Positions 1 through 33,674 of a stretch of 64,000 nucleotides of DNA are shown in pieces. Below the pieces are notes generated by a model that saw nothing but the letters and a program-made list of their open reading frames with translations, ran no database searches and was not told the origin of the DNA. The first letter of the stretch is position 1. Each line of letters starts with the position of its first letter. The translations under genes and the position numbers were made by a program. Origin of the DNA: Azolla caroliniana (lineage: Eukaryota > Plantae > Polypodiophyta); NCBI GenBank assembly GCA_043228905.1, contig JBHGNT010000004.1, forward strand, positions 1,736,001-1,800,000. The letters are read 5' to 3'.

Positions 1-4873
<4,873 letters not shown>

Positions 4874-5832
4874 TTTCAATGAACCTGTATGCAGAAAAAT
4901 GCATGCATGATGTATATACATATACTCCATACATTCATATTCAAACCACAAACAACTTGCAAGAGATCAAAATAACACATTCATATGGTTTGGGAGTAGA
5001 ACCACGTTGATTTCAATGGACATGCATGCATTGTGTATGTACAGTATGCATGCATGCATGCATCATATATATACATTCACATTCATCTGTGTGAAAGTAG
5101 AGATTGGTATATACCATATCTATTCACATATTTATTCATGCTTATGCATGTAAGCTAATAAAAAATGAGTGTTGATCGTGTGTGATCCACACCACAACAT
5201 AAGATCTTGAAACACATTTTGTCATTAAAATGTGATATAGGGTGTATCATGAGGGGGGTGTGGAGATCAAGTATTATACATTCGAGAAAGGCCTACTTGA
5301 TGCAATATTTTGGAGTTGATGGCTTAATTTAGTTCCCAGACTTTGAATATATCACTCTGCACTTCCATGCTAGCATATGAATCTCTAGGTTAATATACAT
5401 ATTTTTCGATGTTTTGGAGAGGTTTGACAAAATCATATAATGTCCAAATTGCTCTGCCTTGGCCCTTCAACCGAGAGATGAATGGTAAATAAGATTGCAT
5501 GCATTTTTTAAAGGATTGTTCCCACATTTATAAACTTGCAATGGCCTCTTTATATTCTTCCAACCACTTGATTTCTAATTTTGAACGACAATCATCATCC
5601 ATATGGTTAGGGTCCAATTTGTGAAGGTTTTTATTTCATTCAATCATAAGAACATGCCACATATATGCATATTGTTGAAAGATAAGCTCAACACATGCGC
5701 ACATGTGTGTATAAACCAAAGTGTGTGAAAGCACACTTTATTATAAACCGTGTAAACTATGTAGTTCATGAGGAATGAGATTGATATCCAGTTAGCCGCT
5801 TTGGGCTAGTACAATCAATGAATACTTAGATA

Positions 5833-6190
5833 TTGTTATTCCTCCATGAGGAGCTTGAAGGAGAAATGTACATGCTACAACCACCTCGAACCAAGTCCAA
5901 AGTGCACCTGATTTCAATATCTTCACCAAATTTGTTTCGAAGTGTTGAAATCGAACAACTCACTGTATGCTTGGAGTCAACAAGGCTTGCTCGTTATCAT
6001 CTTGTATATCAATGCCCTAGTGATTAGAAGAGACATCCTCGAAATCATCAAGTTTGAGATGAAGTATCTTGATAAATTCCGCATAGCCGAGTGTAAGCCC
6101 ATCTCGACCCCTCTTGATCGCAACTTAAAGTTCTACAAAGACTCTGGCAGCGTGTGTGGGCCTACATAGTATAGGCAAATAATCGGAAGT
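5833..6190 (+). mobile_element. Degraded Ty1/copia reverse transcriptase fragment
   Basis: FLHEELEGEMYMLQPP, IILYI, CKPISTPLDRNLK..DSG resemble copia RT motifs; frameshifted and deleted. Confidence 0.7.
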
Positions 6191-6839
6191 CCAATGTTCT
6201 CCTCGAACCTTCTCCAACCTCCTACATGCTCATCTACATGACTTTAGATACAAGTCCAACTGGTATTCGATGGGTCACATTTATTATGTTTTGAGAACAC
6301 ATACATCAAAATTCTTCTTGTTGCCATATAGCTGCAGACTTACTTTGCAATGACATGGATATGTCCATCGAACAAAGACATGTTGAAACAAGCACAAATG
6401 TTTCTCAAGAAACTTCACATTAACCTCAAAAATTGAAAACAAAAGCTTGGCCTTCTAACAATTTATGTGAAACAATTTTCCATAATGTTTTTAACCTTTT
6501 TATAAACTTCTAGTAACTTGAATATATGAATGCCTATGCATACATACAAGACTGGATATATGTACAAATGCATCTGTGTATTTATTCTTATATGCAGGTA
6601 TCACATGCAATTGTTTGTATGCTGTTCCACATCTTAGTATGTAAGCAATAATATGAATCTCAATTCAAATCTTAATATAAAGCCAGAAACCCCACATTTA
6701 AAACTATAACGAAAAATAGTGCCATGAAAATGATCAAATCTATGAGATATTTAGAATAAAGACAGGAGTCAAATATCTCCAAGGGTTGGAGAGACTCAAG
6801 AGAAGAGAATTTTAGCAAATCGATTATGGTTGAAGAGAC

Positions 6840-6842
<3 letters not shown>

Positions 6843-6872
<30 letters not shown>
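6843..6872. repeat. (GA)n microsatellite
   Basis: Seen directly. Confidence 0.9.
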
Positions 6873-6876
<4 letters not shown>

Positions 6877-7709
6877 TGCATTTGCCATTACTTAAATAAT
6901 AAATGTGGTTAGTTTCAACAAAAATATATCTATTAATGCTTCTTTTTGCATTTGACATAAACTTAGAACCAAAACCTGAATAGTATATATAAATGAATAG
7001 CTAGAACTTGTAAATTTACATTTGTGCATCTTTATCCTATTTATCTCAAATTTGGATTCCTAGTAAGGACTTAAATCACTTTCATTTTTGTCTTTCAGAA
7101 AAATAAAGGGTCAAATTAGCAGAAATTCCCTCAAAAATTAACAATATCCTTAAGGTCAGCCAAGTTTCCTTTAAACAAAAAACGCCTAATCCACTAACAA
7201 CGAGACTGATGATGCAAACAGCTATGAGTGAAATGAAGAATGATGAAACTATCAATACTTTCTTCAAACAAAGAGATTACTTCAATAAAACCCTAAATGC
7301 ATCATTATATTTGAAGAAAAACACCAAAACTTTAACCAATGTTTACTTCAAGAAAGCCTGTTTTTTTCACGATGATGTGAAAAATGGAATGCATGAGTGA
7401 CATTTAGGCTTTAGAAGAACGAACCAAGAGAAACACAGATGAGTGTTTGCAGAGGCACATTTACTGGAAGAACTAAAAGCATAAAAAATTGGTAAAACTT
7501 AACCCCATAAAAAGAAGTTTGTGATATGAGAAATGAGGAAACGAAGTCATGCTTACCAAAAGTAAATTGATAGGGAAAACCGGAATGAAAACAAATGAGT
7601 AAGCCTGGACCCAAGAAGTGACAAGAAGAAAGTATATTCTGACCATAGAAACAGATAGAGATGTTGAAAAGAAAGTATATTGTGCAAACCCTAACCAGAA
7701 AACTTTGAG

Positions 7710-8928
7710 AATTAACCACCGCCAGTGATGTGTATGGCTATGGAGTAGTAGTGCTTGAGTTGCTCACAGGTCAAGTTGCCATCGATCAGAAGCGTATTGA
7801 GGATTATAATCTTGTCGGTTGGGTAATTAGCTTGTCTTTTGAACTTTCCTTCCTTTCTTTTTAAAGTGATTTAAGGATGTTTCCAAAAATTGCTGAGTAA
7901 TTTGTATACAATGCATAAGATTCCATGATGTTATATATTGTAGATGTTGCTACAATGAGTATATGTTTAAAATACATTACCATGGGTGAATTAAAGCTTG
8001 AGTAAGGTCTTACTTATGGTATTTAGGAAGCGTTCAAACAAATATATGCACTTACATTGTTTTTATTCTATATGAGCTCTCTAGTCACTCAAATTAGGTA
8101 TAAAATATATGTAATGGCATTTGAACTAGTAGACACCATAATGTATTATAACATAAAAAATCAAATGAAGATGAATTCCATGTAAAGAAAATTTCTAGAT
8201 ATATGCATTGTTAGCAATGGGCATGGTTTCGGCTCAAACCAAACCTAACCGTTAAGCCATGGCTTCGGTTTATTGGTTCAAAGATAAATAAACCGTTTGG
8301 TTTGGTTTCAAATAATATGATCCGGTTTGGTTTCGGTTCGGTTCGGTTTTGAATTTCATGGTTTAGCAGCTTTTCGGTTTCGGTTTGGTTTTGATTTCAC
8401 GGTTTAGCGGTTTCGGCTTATGTGGTTTGGTTTAAAGGTTTAAAAGTTTTGAAGGTTTAAAGGTTTATAGGTTTATAAATTTGGTTTGGTTTTGATTTAT
8501 GATAAACTGGTTTGGTTTGGTTCTAAATTTTTTCATAAACGGTTCGATTTAAATGGCTTCATAAATTTTAAACAATTTGGTTTGGTTTCAAGGCCAAGAA
8601 ACCGAACGGAACCGCGTCCATTGTTATGCATTGTTGTGTTCTGTTATAGTGGTACTTGATTTTAGATCTCATTTCTTAAATAAATAAGACCTTATAAAGC
8701 TCATGCAATGACTTTTTTCACATAAAATGACCAATTAAGGCATAAGAAGACTAGTAATTATTTAGCCAAGGCTTAGGACCAAAGACAAAAACAATAAACG
8801 TATGATAAGAACAGTGATTGTATGTAAACCCCTCCAATCTTGATCAGGTGAATGGAAAGCTCAAATGGAACGGGAATGTGAGGGCTATCATTGATCCATG
8901 GCTTGGATCAAAGTATCCTGTTGATTAC
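7710..8928 (+). pseudogene. LRR-RLK kinase-domain relic (3' part of exon 18, intron 18, 5' part of exon 19)
   Basis: 7710-7822 encodes [37 protein letters not shown] followed by GT; 8848-~8928 encodes VNGKLKWNGNVRAIIDPWLGSKYPVD, then decays. Confidence 0.88.
8212..8626. mobile_element. Non-autonomous hAT-type MITE
   Basis: TIRs tagcaatgggc / gtccattgtta, 8-bp TSD tgcattgt (8204-8211, 8627-8634), internal GGTTT/AAACC subterminal repeats. Confidence 0.88.
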
Positions 8929-10010
8929 CTTTAGGTAGGGTACTACATACATTGAACTTATAGTATGACATATGTGTAGGAGGTGCCTAGGACTTCTTAT
9001 TATAGCTGCATGTTGACTAATGAGTGCACACATTATGCTACCAAGTGAAATGAAGAATGATGAATCTTTGTCAATATTTTCTTTAAACAATGTATGGTTA
9101 ATATTCTGCAGAAAAATACAAAAAAACTTTATCCAATGTTTACTTCAATCAAGAAAGCCTGTTTTTTTCACGAAGATGTGAAAAATGGAATGCATGATGA
9201 GAGTGTGCCATTTTAGGCTGTAGCAGAATGAACGAAGCAAGCGAAACACAGATGAGTAAAGGTAAACAGTGCCATCATAAGCCTTAGAAAGGGGATCCCC
9301 TTCCTTCCTAGAAACAGATATTGGATGGAAGATATTCTGCAAACAAAGTATATACATAGTGCAAACCCTAACTTTAAACTTAGCAATTGAGTCTGATCCG
9401 TCCGTCCAAAAGTGAACAATAACCCGATAAACTTTTAACAAAAGTCACGAACAAAACAAAAGAATTAGACAAAACCCTAACTTTCCCCCCTAGAATCTAA
9501 ACCTAGAAACAGATGGAACTCTAGAATATAAAGCATACCCCTACAATGCAAACCCTAACTCTAGAAACATACGGAAGAACAGAGAACACTTGTTGATAGG
9601 TTACACCTTTAAATACGCATTTAACTATAAACTATTATAATTGACACCTCCAATTATATGCTTTACGAAACACATCACGCACCAGTAATTGGTCCATTTC
9701 CTACGCATCTTACATCTCTATTTACTACACCAATAATCAAAATGGTAAGCCCACTCTGCTAAAAACTCAGAAAATATGTAATGTGGTATGGTTAATTCAT
9801 TGGACTTTGATAATAATTACTCCTTATCATCATATATCGTGTTTAAATTTTGGGGTCATAAAGCTAATTATGAGTGGGACACGCTGAAAGACATAAGATT
9901 GTACATAGTTGGAACATGGAGCGTATTCCTACTCTCTATGTGTGTGTGCATCATTATCACGTATAAAGTACATTACAGTCGACACCATTTAAATTAAAGG
10001 TTTGAATACT

Positions 10011-10580
10011 TTTATGTAATTGAAAGCTTCATGTGTATGTCTGCATAGTCACCAACGGCAAACATTGACAAATGAAAAATTCAAGAGCAAGAAACATTGA
10101 CAAAAACCAAACATTTGACATTTTATGTTCAATCATCAGAATCCGTGTTCTTCTGTTTCTGAATAACTGTATGAGAAGAGTGAATATATCCGACAAAGTT
10201 CTCACATTGGGTTCAGTCTCCATCTCATTTTTCATGTCCTTCCATTTTTTCATAGCACCTTTCATGTTGTGCCACATTAAGATTGGATTACCTAAAATCA
10301 GTTGAATTCCTAACTTTATGTAATTCAAAGCTTCATGTGTATGTCTGCATAGTCACCATCGGCAAACATTGACATAACATACAAAGTTCAAGAGCAAGAA
10401 ACATTGACAACAAAAAAAACTTTTTGACATTTTATGTTCAAAGGATCAGATTCAGAATCCGTGTTCTTCTGTTTGTGAGTGGTAACTGTATGAGAAGATT
10501 GTGTATATTATTATATCCGACAAAGTTCTCACATTGGGTTAGGTCTCCATCTCATTTTTTTCATGTCCTTCCATTTTTTC
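10011..10580. repeat. ~300-bp tandem duplication upstream of paralog 2
   Basis: tttatgtaatt.aaagcttcatgtgtatgtctgcatagtcacca...ttttcatgtccttccattttt occurs at ~10011 and ~10315. Confidence 0.9.
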
Positions 10581-10953
10581 TTCTAACAACCAGTCGATTC
10601 GATTAAAGATATCAATCACATCGTCCATTTTTGTCACTTAGGACCAAGGAGTGTATTGAATTAGTCCTACTTTATCCACTGACATAAATTATGGATGGGA
10701 CATGCCTGAAGACCCATTCTCACAAAGAATAAACTGATGATGTCTTCCTACATATTTACAAATCAATGGTGGGGATTTGTCCTCAAACAATCAATCAATG
10801 GTGGAGTTTTGTTTTTTGTAGTTTTGAACGTTCCTACGAAGTTTGATCACTGCTTTCCTCTTCTGCACAGCTGCCTAATCATTTATTATCAGCTTCAACC
10901 AAGTTAATTAAACCAAATCTCTTAATAATCAAAACAAAAACCCTGCTTCATTC

Positions 10954-19522
<8,569 letters not shown>

Positions 19523-20629
19523 TGTCGATGGTCATGCATGCAGGAAAATGAATGCATGATGTATGTATATACTATATACATATATACTCCATACATTCAT
19601 ATGCAACCCACAAACAACTTGCAAGAGATCAAAATAAGACATTCATATGGTTCGAGAGTGGAATCATGTTGATTTCAATGGACATGCATGTATTGTGTAT
19701 GTGCATGCATGCATCATTTATATTATATGCAACATACATTCACATGCATATGTGTGCATCATATATAGATTGGTATATACCATATACATATATACACATA
19801 TTTATTTATGCTGATGCATGTAAGGTAATAAAGAATGAGTGTTCATTGAGTGTCCACCACACCATGACATAAGATCTCAAAAGACACATTATCATTAAAA
19901 TGTGAGTTTTGAGTGTTCTTGATGCGAAGACCAAGTAGCTGCTTGGAAATGTGGATCATCGACTCCATTCAAGTTTATGTCCTACTTTTTGTGTTGTTTG
20001 TCGATTTATTTTATTTTTTTCCTAAAAACGTTTGTCGATGTTTTCGTGGTTCTCATACCTATCATACATTTGAGTAATTCCTACTTGCTACAATCTTTGG
20101 GATTTGATGGCTATATTTACTTCTCAATGTTTGAATATGTCATTCTGGGACTTCCACGTTAGCATAAAAATCTCTAAGTTGGTGTACATATTTTTCTATG
20201 TTGTGTTAGAGCTTTGACAAAATCATATGATGTCCAAAATTGCTCTTCCTTGGTCCTTTAACCAAGTAATGAATGGTAAATAAGGTTGAATACATTTTAT
20301 TAAGGATTGTTCCCTCATTTGTCATTTTGCAATGGCCATTTTATATTTTTCCAACCGCTTAATTTCTAGTTTACCTTTAATATGATTCACAATCATCATC
20401 CAAAGGGTTAGGGTCCAATTTGTGAGGGTTTTTATTTCAATCGTTCATAAGACGACATGCCATATACATACATATTGTTGAGAGACAAGCTCAACATGTG
20501 TGTGTATAAATGGAAATGTGTGAAAGCACACATTATTGTAAACCGTGTAAACTATGTAGTTACGAGGAACTAGATTCGATACCCAGTTAGCGCCTTGAAG
20601 TTAGTGCAATCAATGAATACTTAGATATT

Positions 20630-20870
20630 CTTATTCCTCCAGGAATAGTTCCAAGAAGAAGTATACATGGTACAACCACCCAGATTAAAGTCCAACACAC
20701 AGTTGCATGTGTATGTCGACTAAAGAAGTCTCTATATGACTTGAAACAAGCTCCAAGGGCATGACACTCAAAGATATTGCAATATCTCACCGAATTGGCT
20801 TCAATGTGCTAAATTTGACAACTCACTATATGTTCGGAAGAGTGGACAAGGCCCACTCTTTATCAGCAAT
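20630..20870 (+). mobile_element. Degraded Ty1/copia RT fragment, positionally homologous to 5833-6190
   Basis: EEVYMVQPP and CRLKKSLYDLKQAPRA motifs; same upstream context (caatcaatgaatacttagatatt) as after paralog 1. Confidence 0.75.
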
Positions 20871-21320
20871 TTTGGAATCGGGAAAACTAGACTAGGCAAT
20901 GCCAATATTGATTGCAATCGATGGTGTTGATGTAACTCTCTGATTGATTTATGACTCTCTAGTGTGGAACACAATTATTCCACAAACAAAGCACAAAACC
21001 TTTGAGATGTTACTATAGTGAGAGAGTGATGCCACTACCTCTTGGGGTGGATGTTTTCGATCCATGACTACCTCTCAAGACTCGAGTCCAATGACTATGC
21101 TATAGATATTCTAGATTGATCCTCCTACACATTAACGAACATGATGGGACACTTTGAAATATAAGTATCCTGATCAACGAATCTTGGAGATGCAATTTGT
21201 GCAACAATATTTTTTACAACCATAGGTTAGAATTGCTCTCCTCATGGCCAATAAAACATGTATTCTATTCTACAAGAAGGGGGTTGACTCCATCTAGCAA
21301 TGTGGCATCTAGCAACATAG

Positions 21321-21590
21321 GGAACTCACAAACCGATACACCATGGTCACAAAATGTGACAAAACTTACTATCTACCAGACAACAACCTAAACAAGGCAA
21401 TGGTCAAAACATTTGAAACGATTTTTAAGATACTCACTACTTCATTAACTAGGTCATCTAGGAACTCAAAAACCGGTACTTCGTGGTTCACAAAGCGTGA
21501 AACAACCTACTATATGCAAGACAATAGCCTAGACAAGTCAATGAGCAAGACGCTTGAGACTATTTTGAAGGTAATCATCAATGAGAATCA
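21321..21590 (+). mobile_element. Degraded, internally duplicated (~140 bp x2) retrotransposon integrase-core fragment
   Basis: ETTYYMQDNSLDKSMSKTLETILKVIINEN resembles the integrase 'TPYYPQ.NG..E..NKTL..IL' segment; present twice. Confidence 0.5.
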
Positions 21591-22855
21591 CATTTGCACT
21601 CCACACTTTGAGCTTCTAAAGGAGTTACATGACAAACATTTAGGTGACATATTCAAATCTGAACTTGTAACACTATTTATTTCTAAAATACTTAATCAAG
21701 GGGGATTACATTGAAAAGAGAGCTGACATCTAGAAATAAGAAGACATAGATTAAGAACTAGAATTTGAAATTAGGAAGAAATTAAAGGATGATTAAGAAT
21801 CAAACGATAAGAAAGGAGGGGAAAAAAAGAAATGGAATATTCTAACAAAAAAATAGAATTAGAATCAAAAGATGATCAGAGGAGGATGCAATCAAAAGAT
21901 ATAAATTAGTTGACGTTCTAGCACATTATAATAACTCAAGTGTTTGTATTGTTTAGAGTGAATATACTTTCCTCCGCATAATAAATACCACGTTAATAAG
22001 ACCAAGTGTCAAAACTTTATGGAAAAATCTCCAATTATACAATTGAACGTAAATATAAGAACAAATCTGAAGCGTTCAATGTGAAAAAATGATTCCATCA
22101 CAACTTGCGACATTTTTTAAAGGAACTCGTTATCAAGTTTGTCGCCGTTGACATACTAATGAGTTTAACAAACTAATTATGAGTTTTTTTCGAACATATG
22201 TTTGTATATTCTCATTAAGTTGTTGACATACTAATAATGAGTTTAATTGACTCGCAATGGCCTTGTTTTTATAATTTTGATTTAGTTGTTGACATGCTTA
22301 TAATGAGTTTATGCTTATGATCGACATATTCTCAATTGTGTGGCCACATAAGAAACATTCAAGGGATTTTGATTTTGGTCAAAAGTTTGATCTACAGAAA
22401 GACTTTGGAGATTAGGTTAAGTATTTCCAATACTTTCTCCATAATTGGAGGAAAAGATGGTGTACACTGTACATACTTGCTAAAGAAAGGCATAGACTAC
22501 AGGTCATACCTTATAAGAAAATATGTTGAAATTACATAAGACTTATAAGAAACACATAGACTTTGACCTACTCTATGCAGCATTATCCCATATTTAGAAA
22601 CACAAAACCCACAAAATCAAGCCATTTTTAAAGGTTTGAATAATTGACATAATGTTAATGTTAGGATGTCTTGTCATTCGCTGTATCCGCACCTTCTGTA
22701 GCAGTTTGTTGATCGTGATGTCGGAATTAGAACCTCAATAAATGGGGCTTCATCACTGCTTTCCTCTTCTGCACAGCTCCCTACTAATCATTACCAGCTT
22801 CAGTCAACATAATTCAACCAGATTTCTTTATCAAACCAAATTCCCTGCTTCTTTC

Positions 22856-29995
<7,140 letters not shown>

Positions 29996-32788
29996 TTTCA
30001 ATGAACATGCATGCATGCAGAAAGAAAGAAAGAAAATATGTGTATGCATGTATCTTGTATCAAAATAAATGCTTTTGTGAGACATAATGGACTCCATTAA
30101 AGGGGCACATACCTGCATTTTATAGAATAAATTAATCCTTGTTCTAAGGTGCAAACACACTTAAGGATTTGATCGTTCGTCCACTTAACATTATTGCATC
30201 TTCTCCATATATTGCTATTTCTTGCATCATATCACCTAAAGGGAACTCTCGTGCTTCCACTATAAAGGGCAACATGGTTTTTGCTATGCACTTAGTCGCC
30301 AATGAGAACTTTAGTTATTGCCCTCGTGAACTTGATGAATGTGTCTTGTTTGTTTGTTTGTTTGTTTCAATTATGGCAACCTCATCTGTCTATCGTTTTC
30401 CAAATCAAAATTTGGCTAGCAAGATTTTATCTATACCCGCTTGGTGGATATAACTAAAGTAGAAATTTTCATATTATCCACCACAATGATGGATGTTTGG
30501 TCGATGATTTGGAATTGGCAATGTTTTGAATTAGTGTTTCTTTCCAATCAATGTTTTTGCTTTTGTTTAGATTTGTGTTCATGATTTTGTTTTCTTGGTC
30601 TTCAGCTTTGGATATGGCGATCTTAGGGTATTTTCCATGATAGACATGTATGTTGGATTTTTTATCTAGGCATCTAGCCTATTTTACCATCATATGTCTT
30701 TATTGGATGGTTAGGAATTTGAGGATGGTTAATGGAATGATATGTGTCTTTGCCACTCTCATCTGCATGTAATGGTAATGGGGTTTTTAATGATCGATTA
30801 TCCCCAATACCATGTCAAATCTCAGAACAATGATCGATTAGTGTGTGATAGGGCCTCGGTGCCTAGGAGTTTCTCTCCAACATTTATTTTGTTAGCATGG
30901 TCTTGGGGAAATGCTCATTCCTCGAGTTGCCTAAAATTGAGGCTTGGTGTGTCAGGTTCATGTGCTTTTTTTTAATGTCAAAGTAGGGTGGTAATGCCCT
31001 TTAATGTGCATGGATCAAACCCAAGTACCTTAAAGGGCCTCAATCATACATATGGGGGGGATTTACCATCAAATTCTTTTTGCGTAACTATAAAAATTGA
31101 TGAGGGTTCAACTTGGCCTACAACACCCCTCTAACCAGCTTGGCTAGTTCTCTGTAAATAGTACCATGATGCATATCGTCTACCATTTGCTTCCAAATTT
31201 CTTAATTAACAAGGGTGATTACATTGAAAAGAGAACTAAGAAGATAGAACTAGAATTTGAAATCATTAAGGGATCAAAGAAGAAAGAAGAATCAAAATTA
31301 TAAGAAAAGAGGGGGAATATTCAAACCAAAAAAAGAGAATTGGGTCAAATTCGAGAAGTTTGTAATGTTTAGAGTAAATATATTTCCTTTCTCATAATAA
31401 ATACCATGTCAGTAAGAACTTTATGGCAAAACCTCCAAAAAACTATTGAAAGTAAATATAAGAACAAATCCACAGGCAACGTGAGAAAATGATTCCATCA
31501 ATACCTTCCCATCACGATTCACAACTTGTGACGTTTTTTCAAAGGAACTATCAAGTCTGTCATATACTAGGTCATTTTCGAATTTTGACACAATCTTGGA
31601 ATATGTTAAAAACACATCACTTACCAACAATTAGCCTACAAGTTTTTGGGCGTTTAACAATGAAGTATTGGCACCCCAATACACGCCAATATTTGATCTA
31701 TATCCTACGCATATTACATCTATTTAGACTAATAATCAAAATGGTAAGTGCACCCCCAAAAACTAAACCCAACCCACACTTATGGTTAATACATTGGACT
31801 TGATTCTTCCTTATCATCATCTTTGTGTTCACGGCTACAATCTCAATTACTGATGTAGTAATATGATGTACCAACTTGGATTATTCAAATGTACACGTGA
31901 GATGTTTATGGTCTTAAAGCTAATTATGGGTGGGACATGCCAAAGAAATAAAATTGCACTTGGAGCAAGGAGTGTAGTCGTACTTTGTGCATTATCCCAT
32001 ATAGTATACAAAGTCAACAGGGACTATAGTCCTACTTTGTGCATTATCACTTATAAAATACAAAGTCAACACTTTATAAAGGTTTGAATAAATACTATAA
32101 TGTAACAATGTCCTTTCTAGGATGCCAAAACCTACATAGCTCACATGTAGCTATCTTGGAGCCTTTTAAACTCGAACATGATATCTCATCAAGGTTGGAG
32201 AGCGACCCATTTTTAGTTAAACAAGTGACTTGACTTATTAAGAGTAAATGGAGATCCCAATTTGCCTATTGAATATAGTTTCGAGGATGAATTGCTCGGG
32301 CCAATGAAAAGGATTTACAATAGCGAGACAACGAACGCCAAATATTAGTCAAACACTAAACCCGTTACATTTACACAAATGATTGGTGTATTGTTCTCAA
32401 CACGTTCGCGTTCACAAGTGGAAGGATCACACATTCCACTTGTAGAATCTTCTTGAAAATATCCAAATATACCCTCTCTACAAAAATTGGATGCACTAGT
32501 ATCACATGTTCCACAACTTGATTAGAGTTTGCAAATATAAAAATACATGATAGGTCTCCGAGTGGAGAACATTAGAAATTCAAATAAGTTTGGATGTGTT
32601 GATAAGTTAATGTAGGCATAATAAAGTTCAACAATGGCTCAATATCTCACTAATGTGCGACATGGCAAACACTAAGTTAAAGACTTATATTATTTTGGTA
32701 AGTTTTACAAAAATATGAGATGTACTTGTAACCATACTAATAAAATGAGTTATAATTTATACTTTGACCCATACTCGTATGTATTTTA

Positions 32789-33050
32789 TTGTGGACAATG
32801 TAGGATAGCGAACTTTAGGATAATGTGATTGGAATAACAAACTTATTAAGGTATTTAATACTTGTATTTAAAGTTGATCTAATCTATTCCTTAGTTTGTT
32901 CGCATGGGATCAAACCATATGTATATAATTGTGGACAATGTAAGACAGTGAACTTTAGGATAATGTGATGGAAATAACAAACCTATTAAGGCTTTCAATA
33001 CTTGTATTTAAAATTGATCTAATCTATTCCTTAGGTGATTCACACAGGAT
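32789..33050. repeat. ~140-bp tandem duplication
   Basis: ttgtggacaatgta.ga.ag.gaactttaggataatgtgat...ttgatctaatctattccttag at ~32789 and ~32929. Confidence 0.88.
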
Positions 33051-33224
33051 CAAACTCCGAACGATAACGTTAGTGGAACTACAATCGTATAAAAACATGC
33101 AGATAACGCTAGTGGAACCATGATCAACACACTACACAATCTAAGCAGCAATGGAAGAGAAACATAATAGTTTTAACAATAGAAGACAAAGATCGATGTA
33201 TTAATAACAATCCAACCGATCATT

Positions 33225-33674
33225 TCGATTGATCCTTAGAATCATTCTTCAGATAAATCCTTCAATTACTTTCCATTTAATCCTCACCTATTCTCCATTT
33301 CATCCATAATCAATCTTCAGCGTCACTATCAACATTTGTTCCCTCATTTATTCTTCACAATTGCATTTCCTTCCATCCTTTCCCACGCGTCATTGCATCT
33401 GTGATCGTTCTTCATTTGATTGGACATCATTCCCTCATTTATTCTTCAAATCATAAGATCTGTTACTATTCTTACATTTGATCCTTACTTTCTCCTCCAT
33501 TTCATCCATCACTTGATCCCTACTTTGTCACCATTAATTGATCCATCATTCAGTCGTAGTTACTTTCTCTTCATAATTTGGTCTTTATTAATCCCGTTGG
33601 CTAGATTTAATTTGTTGAGGGCATTATTCAATTACAATTCAAGCACTCTTGAGTATTAAAATTGCGGGTGGGGG
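33225..33674 (+). pseudogene. LRR-RLK paralog 4 relic (intron 1 + start of exon 2), truncated by a copia LTR
   Basis: Homologous to intron 1 of paralogs 2 and 3; exon-2 start ttcaagcactcttgagtattaaaattgcgggtggggg with the acceptor mutated AG>AA; exon 1 missing. Confidence 0.85.

Larger units (their letters stand above)
7225..9375. repeat. Diverged direct repeats (~7225-7700 and ~9043-9375) flanking an RLK fragment
   Basis: Shared blocks gtgaaatgaagaatgatgaa, ccaatgtttacttcaa..gaaagcctgtttttttcacga.gatgtgaaaaatggaatgcatga, gaaacacagatgagt, gtgcaaaccctaac. Confidence 0.75.

Noticed and set aside
7287-9560. Five AAACCCTAA (telo-box-like) motifs
   Set aside because: Scattered, partly explained by the local duplication, not a telomeric array; no evidence of function.
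22742-22855. Upstream in-frame ATG extending paralog 3 by 38 aa
   Set aside because: Not present in paralog 2 and would displace the signal peptide; the ATG at 22856 (or the next Met) is more plausible.
32414-32443. 10-bp hairpin acaagtggaa/ttccacttgt as a Helitron end or RNA gene
   Set aside because: No CTRR terminus at the expected distance and no other support.
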